Of a DNA stretch of 64,000 nucleotides, positions 33,921 through 46,680 are shown piece after piece. The position numbers were made by a program, and so were the translations under genes. Below the pieces are notes generated by a model that made no database searches, was not told where the DNA came from, and saw only the letters and a program-made list of their open reading frames with translations. Position 1 is the stretch's first letter. Every line of letters starts with the position of its first letter. This DNA is from Escherichia phage T4: the sequence record NC_000866.4; one strand, written 5' to 3'.

Positions 33921-34253
33921 TTATTTTACTACTTTCCAATGCTGCATGTCAAGTTTACCAACTTTTTTCATCTTCTCAATTAAGCGTTCTGCACGTTGGC
34001 GAGCTGTAACATAATGCCATTCGCCTAATTCATTTTGTTCAATTTTTCCAACGATTACTGTATTCAATTCATAAATCCAACCAGTAAAGAAATTATGAAC
34101 TTGAATTGTAAAGGTGAAATCTGTTCCCATACCTTCTGTTGTTTCTACTTCAATAATATCACCTTCAACTGCCATTAAGAACCACATAGTTTCATCATAT
34201 TTACCATTGAAGCATTTAGTTTTAACTGCAGCGTTCAGATTAATCGTTTTCAT
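33921..34253 (-). CDS. Hypothetical protein (T4 30.x cluster)
   Basis: 110-aa ORF with AAGGAG RBS, just downstream of an early promoter. Confidence 0.65.
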   Translation of the reverse strand: MKTINLNAAVKTKCFNGKYDETMWFLMAVEGDIIEVETTEGMGTDFTFTIQVHNFFTGWIYELNTVIVGKIEQNELGEWHYVTARQRAERLIEKMKKVGKLDMQHWKVVK

Positions 34254-34281
34254 TTTATTCTCCTTTGTTTGTGTAAGATAA

Positions 34282-34311
34282 TACTATCACAAAGGAACTA
34301 TACTGTAAACA
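34282..34311 (-). promoter_or_regulatory. Early sigma70-like promoter in the 30.x cluster
   Basis: Minus strand GTTTACA - 17 nt - TAGTAT, upstream of the 110-aa ORF (AAGGAG RBS). Confidence 0.55.
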
Positions 34312-34329
34312 ACTTTGTGCAATCTTTGG

Positions 34330-34358
34330 AAAATAAAAAAGGACTCCCGAAGGAGTCC
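34330..34358 (-). terminator. Terminator at the end of the 30.x cluster
   Basis: Minus strand GGACUCC-UUCG-GGAGUCC then UUUUUUAUUUU. Confidence 0.75.
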
Positions 34359-34363
34359 TCAAC

Positions 34364-34540
34364 TTATGCTTTCTGCTTACCAAAACGAGAAGCATCATCT
34401 CGAAGAACCGCACGTGCTCGGCGCATGATCTTCTCAACAGTTTGATTGATACGAGAGTTCGACCCACGCTTGTAGCCAGCGCGTTTAGAATCACCAACTT
34501 TCTTTTCAACTGCTTTCTTTGCTTTAGCTTGTTTTGCCAT
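34364..34540 (-). CDS. Small basic protein (58 aa, T4 30.x cluster)
   Basis: Taken from the first ATG (MAKQAKAKK...); Lys/Arg-rich; hairpin terminator immediately downstream. Confidence 0.5.
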   Translation of the reverse strand: MAKQAKAKKAVEKKVGDSKRAGYKRGSNSRINQTVEKIMRRARAVLRDDASRFGKQKA

Positions 34541-34784
34541 TATAAATTCTCTTTTAAATGAAAATGCAGGACTTATTGGCATTGCCTGCGCAAGCCCTCA
34601 AGGGGAACATAGGTTTTTGGATATTTAACGACCAGGATAACCATAAACCCGTCATCATTCACATTCAAGAGGTACACCGTAAAACTGTCGGGGTCTTAAA
34701 ACTATAATGATTCGCAAATCATTAATCAGACAGTTCGACGGCTCCTCGATTTAGCTCACACTAAGGCAGTGAATCTCCAATAAA

Positions 34785-35033
34785 TTACTTCAGTGTTACC
34801 ACAAAGTGACGAACTGCTTTTCGTGCAGCAGAAGCCAGAGGCTTAGCATATTTAAGTTCATCTTTTTCCTGAAGCTCAGCAGCTAATGCAGTTTGAGCAG
34901 GATTCAGATGTTTGAAATAACGCAGGATTTCAAGAGCTTCGGCTTCAACATCAATAGATGCGCCATAGTTTTCGTGACCATTATTCCATGCGTTTCGTTG
35001 CAGTTCAAGAGCGTGTTGTAATTGTTTAATCAT
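34785..35033 (-). CDS. rIII: Lysis inhibition accessory protein
   Basis: 82-aa ORF; T4 rIII length and position. Confidence 0.88.
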   Translation of the reverse strand: MIKQLQHALELQRNAWNNGHENYGASIDVEAEALEILRYFKHLNPAQTALAAELQEKDELKYAKPLASAARKAVRHFVVTLK

Positions 35034-35180
35034 TTAAAAATTCTCGTTAGAGATTAAAACTCGGTAGTCACGTTCTTCTGAATTTCATCTTCTTTCGACA
35101 GATCTCTCAGTTGTAGACTACCACATAGAATTGTTCGGTTAACTTATTATTCCGACACCCAATTCATATTATTATTTATA

Positions 35181-35516
35181 TCACTTATAAAGACACGGAA
35201 TAGCTTTATAGTGACAGGTAACGAATTTTTGTTTAATTTCTTTTGGCTGCTTAAGACCCAGAGCTACAAAAGGATGCGGAACATTTCGAATTTGACCAAC
35301 TGGAAGAGAAGTCAAATCACCAACTTCGCAGAAACCTTCAGGAACATCAGGACCGACAGAGTGAACTACACACAGTTCAGGAACTTCACCTTGAACACGT
35401 TTACCGATAATAAGTCCTGATTCTGTAACTTCTTCATCACCGGCTTGTGCAGGTTCAGAAACTAAAATAACATATTCACCGACAGCACGAATTGGTAGCT
35501 GTTGTACTTCAGACAT
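35181..35516 (-). CDS. 31: GroES-like co-chaperonin for capsid folding
   Basis: 111-aa ORF beginning [22 protein letters not shown], recognised as T4 gp31. Confidence 0.95.
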
Positions 35517-35546
35517 CGTTTTTCCTTTTTGTTAACAGATGAATTA

Positions 35547-35573
35547 ATAATAACAAATAGTTCTTAAAGCATT
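35547..35573 (-). promoter_or_regulatory. MotA-type middle promoter candidate for gene 31
   Basis: Minus strand AATGCTTTA - 12 nt - TATTAT, upstream of the gene 31 ATG. Confidence 0.5.
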
Positions 35574-35881
35574 TATTTACCAATAAATTGAAGCAAATGC
35601 TCAACTTTCATACCATTAACGGAAATCAATTTGTCAATAGAAAAACCTCGCCACGCACCAAGCTCAACATCAAATACTGGAATCATGTCAGTAGATTCTT
35701 TCCGAGTAGATTCAGTCAATTTGCCAGTTTGCATGGTTGGCATAAAGTCTGCATCACGAGTACCTTTCATAGTACGAATAGTACCATCAGACTTTTCAAA
35801 AACTACGTTTGAAACACCCATGGACAATTTAGTTTTCAAAATTTCACGAATTGCTACTTTCTGCTCAGTTGTCAGTTTCAT
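35573..35881 (-). CDS. 31.1: Hypothetical protein
   Basis: 102-aa ORF; name by synteny. Confidence 0.7.
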   Translation of the reverse strand: MKLTTEQKVAIREILKTKLSMGVSNVVFEKSDGTIRTMKGTRDADFMPTMQTGKLTESTRKESTDMIPVFDVELGAWRGFSIDKLISVNGMKVEHLLQFIGK

Positions 35882-36118
35882 TTATTTACCTATTACAGTT
35901 TTAATATGAGTTGTTCCACGTTCTTTAAGGGTGGAAAGTAATTTTTGGCATTTTTCTAAATCAGATTTCCAACTATATGGTCTATCAATACAAACCCAAT
36001 TTGTCTTATAATACTGTTTCCATTTAGAGAAAAAATATTTCTTATACTCTACAGCAAATGAGATGTTCTCGTTAGAATAAGAACTAATTGCTGTGAGTTT
36101 TACCAAACGAAATTTCAT
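35882..36118 (-). CDS. 31.2: Hypothetical protein
   Basis: 78-aa ORF abutting cd; name by synteny. Confidence 0.65.
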   Translation of the reverse strand: MKFRLVKLTAISSYSNENISFAVEYKKYFFSKWKQYYKTNWVCIDRPYSWKSDLEKCQKLLSTLKERGTTHIKTVIGK

Positions 36119-36699
36119 TATTCACCACAGAATTCGTTGATATTTTCCCAGTTTAACTTATTCAAGTTTTTCTTAGGAACATTAAACACTTCAATACCTG
36201 CATTTCGCAGAATATCATCCCAACCGGGTTTATTTTTGTCGTATGTTTCACAATAAACCAGCTTTTTAATACCAGATTGAGCTATCGCTTTTGCGCAATC
36301 TGGACAAGGAGAAAGTGTTACATACATAGTAGCACCTTCAATAGAAGAACCATTTCGTGCAGCAAACAAAATTGCATTTAGTTCAGCATGAATTTCATTT
36401 TTAGATGACCATTCCGAGTGAGCACTACGATGTTCTTTCGCCAAAACAAAACGATCAGTTGAACCAAATGATACGCATTCAGGCTTATGACCTTGAATGA
36501 TAGCATGTTTAGGCTTATTCAACAACCATCCTTGCTCAGCAGCATAATCACAACAGTTCACACCCCCTGCGGGTGAACCATTATACCCAGTAGAAATAAT
36601 ACGTCCATTCTTTTCAATTACTGCTCCTACCTTCCAGGAGCAACATTTTGATTCCTGCGATACTAAATATGCAATTTGAAGTACTGTACTCGCTTTCAT
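36118..36699 (-). CDS. cd: dCMP deaminase
   Basis: 193-aa ORF with zinc-deaminase motifs HAE and PCPDC; T4 cd length. Confidence 0.95.
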   Translation of the reverse strand: MKASTVLQIAYLVSQESKCCSWKVGAVIEKNGRIISTGYNGSPAGGVNCCDYAAEQGWLLNKPKHAIIQGHKPECVSFGSTDRFVLAKEHRSAHSEWSSKNEIHAELNAILFAARNGSSIEGATMYVTLSPCPDCAKAIAQSGIKKLVYCETYDKNKPGWDDILRNAGIEVFNVPKKNLNKLNWENINEFCGE

Positions 36700-37034
36700 T
36701 TCATAATCACCAGATAAGCAGATTTAGCAGTTTCAACACGATAAATTTCGTGACGAAGTTTAGTTATACTTTTAATAACAGAACTAATTATATTCTGCCC
36801 ATCTTTAAAGCGGTTTTTCTTATCAATAAAAACTGCGCCAGTCATCTTTTTGTGAAGCTCAACTGGATACTTCGTCACAATAATAGCATCATACACAGAA
36901 GGATGAATACTATTCACCAGAGTATCATTCATTAAAGTTATTCTAATGAACTGTGCTGTTTCAGAATCAAGCGCTCTATGATCGCCAGTATCATTTTCAA
37001 GACAATTATCAATTATATCAGTTAAATTCATCAT
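36696..37034 (-). CDS. cd.1: Hypothetical protein
   Basis: 112-aa ORF; name by synteny. Confidence 0.65.
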   Translation of the reverse strand: MMNLTDIIDNCLENDTGDHRALDSETAQFIRITLMNDTLVNSIHPSVYDAIIVTKYPVELHKKMTGAVFIDKKNRFKDGQNIISSVIKSITKLRHEIYRVETAKSAYLVIMK

Positions 37035-37261
37035 AGTACGCCATACACCCTTTGTGCTTCAACTAATCCATCAAAATCCAGTTTAAGATGCGATATTTGA
37101 TCGCCATCACCTGGATTCACAATTACTAATACTGAACGAGGAGTTTCGGTAATAACACGAACCGATGTTTCAGGAAATCGTTCAGAAACCTTATTTACTA
37201 ATTCCTGCGCAAATAGTTTAACTTTTTCTTGGAATTCCTTTAACAGTAATCGGTTTTTCAC
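37031..37261 (-). CDS. cd.2: Hypothetical protein
   Basis: 76-aa ORF; ORF-track start is GTG directly after a stop, so the true start is uncertain; early promoter upstream. Confidence 0.55.
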   Translation of the reverse strand: MKNRLLLKEFQEKVKLFAQELVNKVSERFPETSVRVITETPRSVLVIVNPGDGDQISHLKLDFDGLVEAQRVYGVL

Positions 37262-37301
37262 TTAGCAACATTTTGTTTTCCTCATTTGTTTTGGTAGAGC
37301 T

Positions 37302-37331
37302 ATAATATCACAACTCTACCGTAAAGTAAAC
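37302..37331 (-). promoter_or_regulatory. Early sigma70-like promoter upstream of cd.2
   Basis: Minus strand GTTTACT - 17 nt - TATTAT. Confidence 0.5.
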
Positions 37332-37333
37332 CA

Positions 37334-37609
37334 TTAAATCGCTTTGAATTCCGCAGTTTGAGATTCAAAGCGAATATCGCCTTTGATAACAAGCTCAGCA
37401 TCAAGACCAAATACGACAATGATATGCGCGGAACCTGGATACAGTGTAATGGCAATAGAATCCACCTGGTCTGGAAGCAAAGTGTTCAATACATGAGTCA
37501 CTTGAGCATGGATTCGAAGCTCAGCTGCGTTATCAAGTTTTTCAAACATATTATTAGCGATAATTTGGCTAAACACTACTTCTACGATTTTAGAGTAAGT
37601 CGGAAACAT
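37334..37609 (-). CDS. cd.3: Hypothetical protein
   Basis: 91-aa ORF; name by synteny. Confidence 0.65.
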   Translation of the reverse strand: MFPTYSKIVEVVFSQIIANNMFEKLDNAAELRIHAQVTHVLNTLLPDQVDSIAITLYPGSAHIIVVFGLDAELVIKGDIRFESQTAEFKAI

Positions 37610-37611
37610 AT

Positions 37612-37804
37612 TTACCTCACATAATTTTCTTCAAGCCAATCAATAACATCCAACGCATTATCAAAAGTTGAACCATCTACTCTGTCTTCTGTTTCATAAT
37701 CAAGAACATCTAGGCCTACTCTTCCGTCAACAATAGGCCATAGACAAAATAGATATTTCTTTTCTTTTTCAATTTTATCACAAAGACGATAAATCTTTTC
37801 TAGG

Positions 37805-37812
<8 letters not shown>
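37612..37812 (-). CDS. cd.4: Hypothetical protein
   Basis: 66-aa ORF; name by synteny. Confidence 0.6.
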
Positions 37813-39131
<1,319 letters not shown>

Positions 39132-39135
<4 letters not shown>

Positions 39136-39431
39136 TTACATTTATCCTCTTTTAGCTCTTGACGATAATAACATATCATAGTTTTCTGGTCATGTACATA
39201 TCGTTTTACATCATTAAGCCAAATACGAAATTCCTGAGAATCTTCAAATGGCATACCGACCCAGGCTTTACCATCAATAACTTTAACTTGCCAAGATAGT
39301 TTAGCTTCATCATATGACTTTATTTGCACAGGCCAATTAGGATGAACTGTTTCTTTCTTTACTTCTAGAGGCTTTGTCGAACAACCAACTAGAAGACCAA
39401 TAGATAATATTACTGCTGATAGTTTAATCAT
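39132..39431 (-). CDS. pseT.2: Outer-membrane lipoprotein, o-spanin (Rz1 equivalent)
   Basis: 99 aa; signal peptide with lipobox LLVGC; overlaps the upstream i-spanin-like ORF by 4 nt. Confidence 0.8.
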
Positions 39432-39781
39432 TTAGAAAGGTCCTGGATGTCTTCTGCGAACTTGTTGAAGGAGTTGTTGATTTGTTTTTCAACCAATCCT
39501 GGCTTATGAGCCACCACATCCGCCTTCTTTGCATCTTTGCGCAGTTTTTCATTTTCACGCTCAATAGCAGCAATTGCCTCACGATTTTTATTATTCATCG
39601 CATCAATATAATTATACTGAATTCGCAAATTATTTAATGCTAAGGCGTTTTCATTGGCCGTTTTTGTAATTTCAGTAACTGATGTTTCTAATCTTTCTAC
39701 CTTATGTTTTAAAATAATAGATGTTCCGCCAAATGCTATTACAAGTAATAGCAATCCAGCTGTAAAATTACTTACATGCAT
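39428..39781 (-). CDS. pseT.3: Inner-membrane i-spanin (Rz equivalent)
   Basis: 117 aa; N-terminal transmembrane segment (LLLLVIAFGGTSIIL) followed by a charged helical region. Confidence 0.8.
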   Translation of the reverse strand: MHVSNFTAGLLLLVIAFGGTSIILKHKVERLETSVTEITKTANENALALNNLRIQYNYIDAMNNKNREAIAAIERENEKLRKDAKKADVVAHKPGLVEKQINNSFNKFAEDIQDLSK

Positions 39782-40278
39782 AAAGTTTTAATAACCTCTA
39801 CAATATCGTCTTGAGAAAGACCGTTAATTAAAATATGATGTTCAGCTGGAGATTTAGAAATTTTAAAGCATGCCTCAACATCTTCTGCCATATCCGATGC
39901 ACTACGATTTGGATTACTAATACCAAGGCGATGTTTTCCCGTCAAAGGATTAACGATGATATAGCATTTGCAGCTATTGATATGAACATTGGGTTGAGTC
40001 TGATTAATGAACACTTCACAATCATACTTAGCAAGTTGATTTTCTAAAAAGACTTTCATCTCTTCAACCGCATCAGGAAGCATATCACGGGCTTGCTCAA
40101 GACGACGATTTCGATATTCTTTAATGGTCGTTTTCCGCTTGACTTGCTTAGCTAAATCTTTCTTAAGACCAGTGATATATCCAACTCGACGATTTCCTTT
40201 GAATACAGAAATCCCATCTGTAGTATCACCGTATGCTTCAACGACCATTTCAGTAGTAATAAGTTGTAAATCCATCAT
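39772..40278 (-). CDS. alc: Alc, inhibitor of host transcription on cytosine-containing DNA
   Basis: 168-aa ORF (two consecutive ATG); lies between the spanin pair and rnlA as in T4. Confidence 0.85.
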   Translation of the reverse strand: MMDLQLITTEMVVEAYGDTTDGISVFKGNRRVGYITGLKKDLAKQVKRKTTIKEYRNRRLEQARDMLPDAVEEMKVFLENQLAKYDCEVFINQTQPNVHINSCKCYIIVNPLTGKHRLGISNPNRSASDMAEDVEACFKISKSPAEHHILINGLSQDDIVEVIKTLCM

Positions 40279-40306
40279 AAAGTCCTCATGTTATGTCAGT
40301 AAGACT

Positions 40307-40336
40307 ACTATAACACAACACGAGGGACTTGTAAAC
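40307..40336 (-). promoter_or_regulatory. Early sigma70-like promoter upstream of alc
   Basis: Minus strand GTTTACA - 17 nt - TATAGT, then leader with GAGGA RBS; second copy of the duplicated cassette. Confidence 0.6.
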
Positions 40337-40339
40337 AAC

Positions 40340-41927
<1,588 letters not shown>

Positions 41928-41949
41928 AATAAAATGGGCCTTGCGGCCC
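41928..41949 (-). terminator. Hairpin between nrdB and denA
   Basis: Minus strand GGGCC-GCAA-GGCCC then AUUUUAUU, immediately before the denA AUG. Confidence 0.55.
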
Positions 41950-41954
41950 ACTCC

Positions 41955-42457
41955 TTAAAAGTATTTTTTAAAACTCATCATAACTTTATCATCAACATCA
42001 TTATCAATCTGTGCAACAAGGTAAGATGACAGTTCTACTTCTTGCGGCGCGGATTGAACATTATCAGAATTAAGATATTCACGAATCCAAGGATATGGAT
42101 GTTTAACCGGAGCATCGGTAATTGGGCATGGAAGACCGCACTGTTTCATACGAGATACAGTTAAGTAATCAATAAAGCTCCACATGCTATTTGTATTTAA
42201 TCCAGGAACATCACCATCTTTAAATAAATGAACTGCCCAGTCTTTTTCCTGGCGGTTAACTTCCATGAAAATATCAACTGCTTCTTGTTCACACTCTTGG
42301 GCAATTTTAACCCATTCATCACCATCAGTACCGGATTGAAGTTGACGAATAATATATTGGGTGCCTTTAAGGTGAAGCTGTTCATCACGTGCAATGAACT
42401 TCATAATCTTGGCATTACCTTCCATGATTTCCATGTTCTTATGGAAGTTAAAGGTAC
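41955..42457 (-). CDS. nrdB: Ribonucleotide reductase small subunit, exon 2
   Basis: Continues exon 1 after a group I intron; contains the second iron-ligand motif (ARDEQLHL); boundary inferred from the E. coli R2 sequence recalled from memory. Confidence 0.8.
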
Positions 42458-43055
42458 CGTATGTTCGATTGAGCTCGCTAATTCTCAACCCGTTCTCTTA
42501 TGAACTGCTGCATGTTACCATGCAGTCCAGACTATATCACAATCCCGGAGGGATTCTCCCCATTTCGAGTCGCTTGACCCTACGTCCGAAGACTAGTCGT
42601 TGAACCTTGTTTTGCAATTGTCGCCGTGCCATCGTTTATATGTTGATGGTGATAAATCTTTCTTATCACAATATGGACAATTCAATTGAATTCTATTTGG
42701 ATTTAATTTACATCTGTCATTATGTTTTAGATAAAATCCAGGACCTTTACCAATGTGACCACAGAAATCACATGTGATTTCTTTTTGTGCAGGATGGGTC
42801 CCGTTCTTAACCATTTCTAATGTTTTTGCTGATGTTCTTTTCTTATGTTCTTCCATCAGAATCTTTAGGTATAGGTCCGTTAGCATCTATCCAAATTTTT
42901 CTATAGTTCAATTGTGCATCCTCTTAAAAGTATAATCATATTTATATTATACTAATTAAAGGTGCAAGCAAAACCTTGGCTGCTAGTTTTCCATAAAGGA
43001 CTTTCCAGCAATTAAAGGAGTTTTCGATAAACGTTACCGTTTAAAGGCGCATTTT
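42458..43055 (-). mobile_element. Group I self-splicing intron in nrdB (598 nt)
   Basis: Interrupts nrdB; shares core blocks with the td intron (CATG.ACCATGCAG..CAGACTATATC and TTTCGAGTC.CTTGACCCTAC); exon 1 ends in U and the intron ends in G at the inferred junctions. Confidence 0.8.
42593..42886 (-). pseudogene. I-TevIII: Truncated intron-encoded endonuclease remnant (I-TevIII-like)
   Basis: 97-aa ORF inside the nrdB intron with Cys/His zinc-finger-like motifs (CDFCGH, CPYCDK) but no N-terminal catalytic domain. Confidence 0.7.
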
Positions 43056-43719
43056 ACGCAAAAGATACATAAAAACGAATAGCTTCTAAGGCATTAATAA
43101 CGTGCAAACAGAGGTAAAGAGATTTCATCAGATCTCGTTTAGCTCTTTGCTCAACGTCTTTATCAGCTAGAATTAGACCTTGGTCTTTATAATATTCAAC
43201 CATGTCTTTAGCATTTTCCCATTCACGGGTTTTAACCAAGACATCATCGTAATATCGCCCAATGGACTCAGCACGTTTCATAATAGCTTCATCTAATACA
43301 ATCTCATCAAACACCTTCGATGGATCAGTATAAAGATTTCGCATGATATGAGTATATGAACGACTGTGAATAGTTTCACTAAAAGTCCATGTAGCAACCC
43401 ATGTATCAAGGCTTGGGTCTGAAATTAATGACATAAGTACAGCAGATGGCGCACGACCCTGAATGCTATCCAAAAGTGATTGATACTTCAGGTTGTTAGT
43501 AAAAATATTTTGCTGATACTGAGGAAGCTTATTAAATTGCGCAGCATCCATCATTAAGTTTACTTCTTCAGGACGCCAAAAAAAACTGATCTGCCGCTCA
43601 ATGAGTTCTTCAAATACTCGATGTCGTTGAATATCATATCGAGCTAAACCTAATCCAGAACCAAAGAACATCGGTTCATTCAAAACATCAACTGGATTTG
43701 TATTAAAAACTGTACTCAT
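43056..43719 (-). CDS. nrdB: Ribonucleotide reductase small subunit, exon 1
   Basis: Contains the first iron-ligand motif (ETIHSRSYTH) and ends ...FYVSFA plus the first nt of a split Cys codon. Confidence 0.8.
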
Positions 43720-44415
43720 TTAGAATCCTTAAATTTACATTTATCATAATGCCATCTTAAAGCATTGCCTTTATTAACTTTCTTACCACAGTGCGGGCAA
43801 GGTGGATACTCTGCTCCTTGTTTAGTTCTCAAAGAAATCAAATCACGGGTTTCTTTAGTATGAGGAACATCTCTTGTCGGAGAAATTGTACCATACATCG
43901 GATTAAGCACGCCGACTTTAGCAGCAGCTATATTCTTTTTAGCTTCTTCAGTTTTAGGCTTTCTCATCTTTTTCTTAGGTTTCTTCGCTTTTAGCCCTTC
44001 CTTTGGTTGCCGCCGATATTTTGTGTTTGGTTTCTTCTGTTAAACGCAGACCTGTTTTCGCTTTTTGACATTTTCAGTCTCGTTTCTTCAGAAATGACCG
44101 TACCTTTGCGAAATTGCGAATTTAACTTCTTTGCATGGGCATATATTTTAGAATGAACTTTATAATGACGTTTCTTAGTTCCTTTCATATTGCACATCAT
44201 GAAAAATGCGAATATAACAGATTTTACCGGATAAATCTTTGATAAAATAGCATGCGCTATAAAATGCTCTCTAGCTGTTAATTCAACTAAATTTTCTTTA
44301 TCATCAGAACCTCCCATGCATCTAGGGATTATATGATGTGTCTCTTTATATTCGGATAAAGGTTCCCGAGCCTGAGCTCGGGAAATTAGGTCGTTATAGA
44401 TTTTTTGATAATTCA

Positions 44416-46680
44416 TTACAATTTACACGCTGCACAATCATCGGCTTTAGGAGTTTCTATTTCATAATCATCAGTACCAGAACCATCACGGGTATTATGA
44501 TAATAGAAATTTTTAATGCCATAATACCATCCGTATAGCATGTCATCAATCATTATTGACATTGGAACCTTTCCTTTTGGAAAAATCTGCGGGTCATAAT
44601 ATGTATTCGCTGAAGCTGATTGACATACCCATTTCAGCATAATAGCTACCTGCGTAAGATAAGGTTTATTACCTTTCTTAGCTAATTTCCATGTATAATC
44701 ATAGAGGTCTATGTTATGCTCAATATTGGGCACGACTTGATTAAAGGAACCCTCTTTTGATTCTTTAACACTTACCGGTCCACGTGGAGGCTCGTAGCCG
44801 TTTGTACTGTTAGAAACTTGGGAAGATGACTCACATGGCATAAGTGCTGATAATGTGCTATTACGGATGCCAAATAGCTTAAGGTCTTCCCGCAGCGCCG
44901 ACCAGTCACAAACGTATTTTGGAGCTGCGATTTGGTCAATCTTTTTATTGTACCAGTCGATAGGTAATTCGCCTCGAGACCAACGAGTGTCTGAATAATA
45001 TTCCGAAGGTCCTTTTTCTTTGGCGAGCTTAATGGATGCTTTAATGAGTCCATACTGTAATCTCTCAAATAGTTCATGTGTTAAATCGTTAGCATCTTCA
45101 TAAGAAGCAAAGTTACTTGCCAGCCAAGCTGCATAGTTGGTAACACCTACACCGAGGTTACGACGCTTTTTAGCTTTTTCTGCTTCAGGAACCGGATATC
45201 CTTGGTAATCCAACAGATTATCAAGAGCACGAACTTGAACTTCTGCCAATTCATTAATTTTATCTTGGTCTTGCCAGTCAAAATTATCTAATACGAATGC
45301 AGAGAGAGTACACAATCCAATTTCAGCATCAGGGCTATTCACATCATTTGTTGGAATAGCAATTTCACAGCACAAGTTACTCTGACGAATAGGTGCCTTT
45401 TCACGAATAAACGGAGTATAGTTATTCGTATTATCAATGAACTGCACATAAATCCTTGCTGTTCCTGAACGTTCAGTCATGAGCAATTCAAATAGTTCAC
45501 GGGCTTTAATACGCTTTTTACGAATATTAGGGTCTTTTTCTGCTGCTTCGTATAATTCACGGAAACGGTCTTGGTCTTTAAAATAAGAATAATAAAGCTC
45601 GCCACCCATTTCATGCGGACTGAACAAAGTAATGTAATCGTTTTTTCCAAAACGTTCCATCATCAAATCATTCAGTTGAACACCATAATCCATATGACGA
45701 ATGCGGTTTTCTTCTACGCCTTTGTTATTTTTCAAAACGAGAAGATTTTCAACTTCCAAATGCCAAATAGGATAATAAGCAGTAGCAGCGCCGCCACGAA
45801 TTCCACCCTGTGAACATGATTTAACTGCAGTCTGAAAATGTTTCCAAAAAGGAATAACACCAGTATGGCGTACTTCACCCATGCCAATCTTAGAACCTTC
45901 GGCACGAATCATACCAACGTTAATACCAATTCCAGCGCGTTTAGAGATATATTCAACAATTGAAGCAGAAGCCTTATTGATAGACTTCAATGAATCTCCT
46001 GCCTCAATAACAACACATGAACTAAACTGTCGAGTCGGAGTACGACAACCAGCCATAATAGGAGTTGGCAATGAAATCTGTCGAGTTGATACTGCTTCAT
46101 AAAAACGGATAACATGTTTTAATCTATCAACAGGTTCATCTTGATGCAGTGCCATTCCAATAGTCATAAATGCAAACTGTGGAGTTTCATAAATTTGACC
46201 AGTGGTTTTATCTTTAACTAGATATTTTTCTTTTAATTGCATTGCCCCGGAATAAGTAAATTCCATATCCCGTTCGTGCTTAATTTTTGATTCTAAAAAT
46301 GTAATTTCTTCTGCTGAATATTTTGACAATAATTCAGGGTCGTATTTACCTGCATTTACACAATAAGAAATATGGTCAATAAATGAACGTGGTTCATACT
46401 GCCCATAAACATGCTTACGAAGAGCAAACATTAAACAGCGTGCAGCTACATATTGATAATCAGGTTCTTCAACCGAAATAGAATTCGCAGCAGCCTTAAT
46501 GACAATAGTCTGAATATCATCAGTTGTCATTCCATCACGGAGATAAGATTTAATATTTTCATATAATTCATAAGGATCTACTGATGTTCCTTCAGCTGCC
46601 CAAGATAAAACTTTAATAATTTTTTGTGGGTCAAAGCTCTGAGAAACACCACTACTTTTGATAACATTAATTAATTGCAT
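44416..46680 (-). CDS. nrdA: Ribonucleotide reductase large subunit
   Basis: 754-aa ORF with the class I active-site motif SNLCCEI; T4 NrdA length. Confidence 0.96.
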   Translation of the reverse strand: MQLINVIKSSGVSQSFDPQKIIKVLSWAAEGTSVDPYELYENIKSYLRDGMTTDDIQTIVIKAAANSISVEEPDYQYVAARCLMFALRKHVYGQYEPRSFIDHISYCVNAGKYDPELLSKYSAEEITFLESKIKHERDMEFTYSGAMQLKEKYLVKDKTTGQIYETPQFAFMTIGMALHQDEPVDRLKHVIRFYEAVSTRQISLPTPIMAGCRTPTRQFSSCVVIEAGDSLKSINKASASIVEYISKRAGIGINVGMIRAEGSKIGMGEVRHTGVIPFWKHFQTAVKSCSQGGIRGGAATAYYPIWHLEVENLLVLKNNKGVEENRIRHMDYGVQLNDLMMERFGKNDYITLFSPHEMGGELYYSYFKDQDRFRELYEAAEKDPNIRKKRIKARELFELLMTERSGTARIYVQFIDNTNNYTPFIREKAPIRQSNLCCEIAIPTNDVNSPDAEIGLCTLSAFVLDNFDWQDQDKINELAEVQVRALDNLLDYQGYPVPEAEKAKKRRNLGVGVTNYAAWLASNFASYEDANDLTHELFERLQYGLIKASIKLAKEKGPSEYYSDTRWSRGELPIDWYNKKIDQIAAPKYVCDWSALREDLKLFGIRNSTLSALMPCESSSQVSNSTNGYEPPRGPVSVKESKEGSFNQVVPNIEHNIDLYDYTWKLAKKGNKPYLTQVAIMLKWVCQSASANTYYDPQIFPKGKVPMSIMIDDMLYGWYYGIKNFYYHNTRDGSGTDDYEIETPKADDCAACKL

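Noticed and set aside
34255-34509. 84-aa minus-strand ORF overlapping the small basic ORF
   Set aside because: It reads through the terminator hairpin and overlaps the better-supported ORF in another frame; judged spurious.
42486-42488. TTG start of the second nrdB ORF
   Set aside because: Not a real initiation codon; exon 2 is joined to exon 1 by splicing 31 nt upstream of this position.
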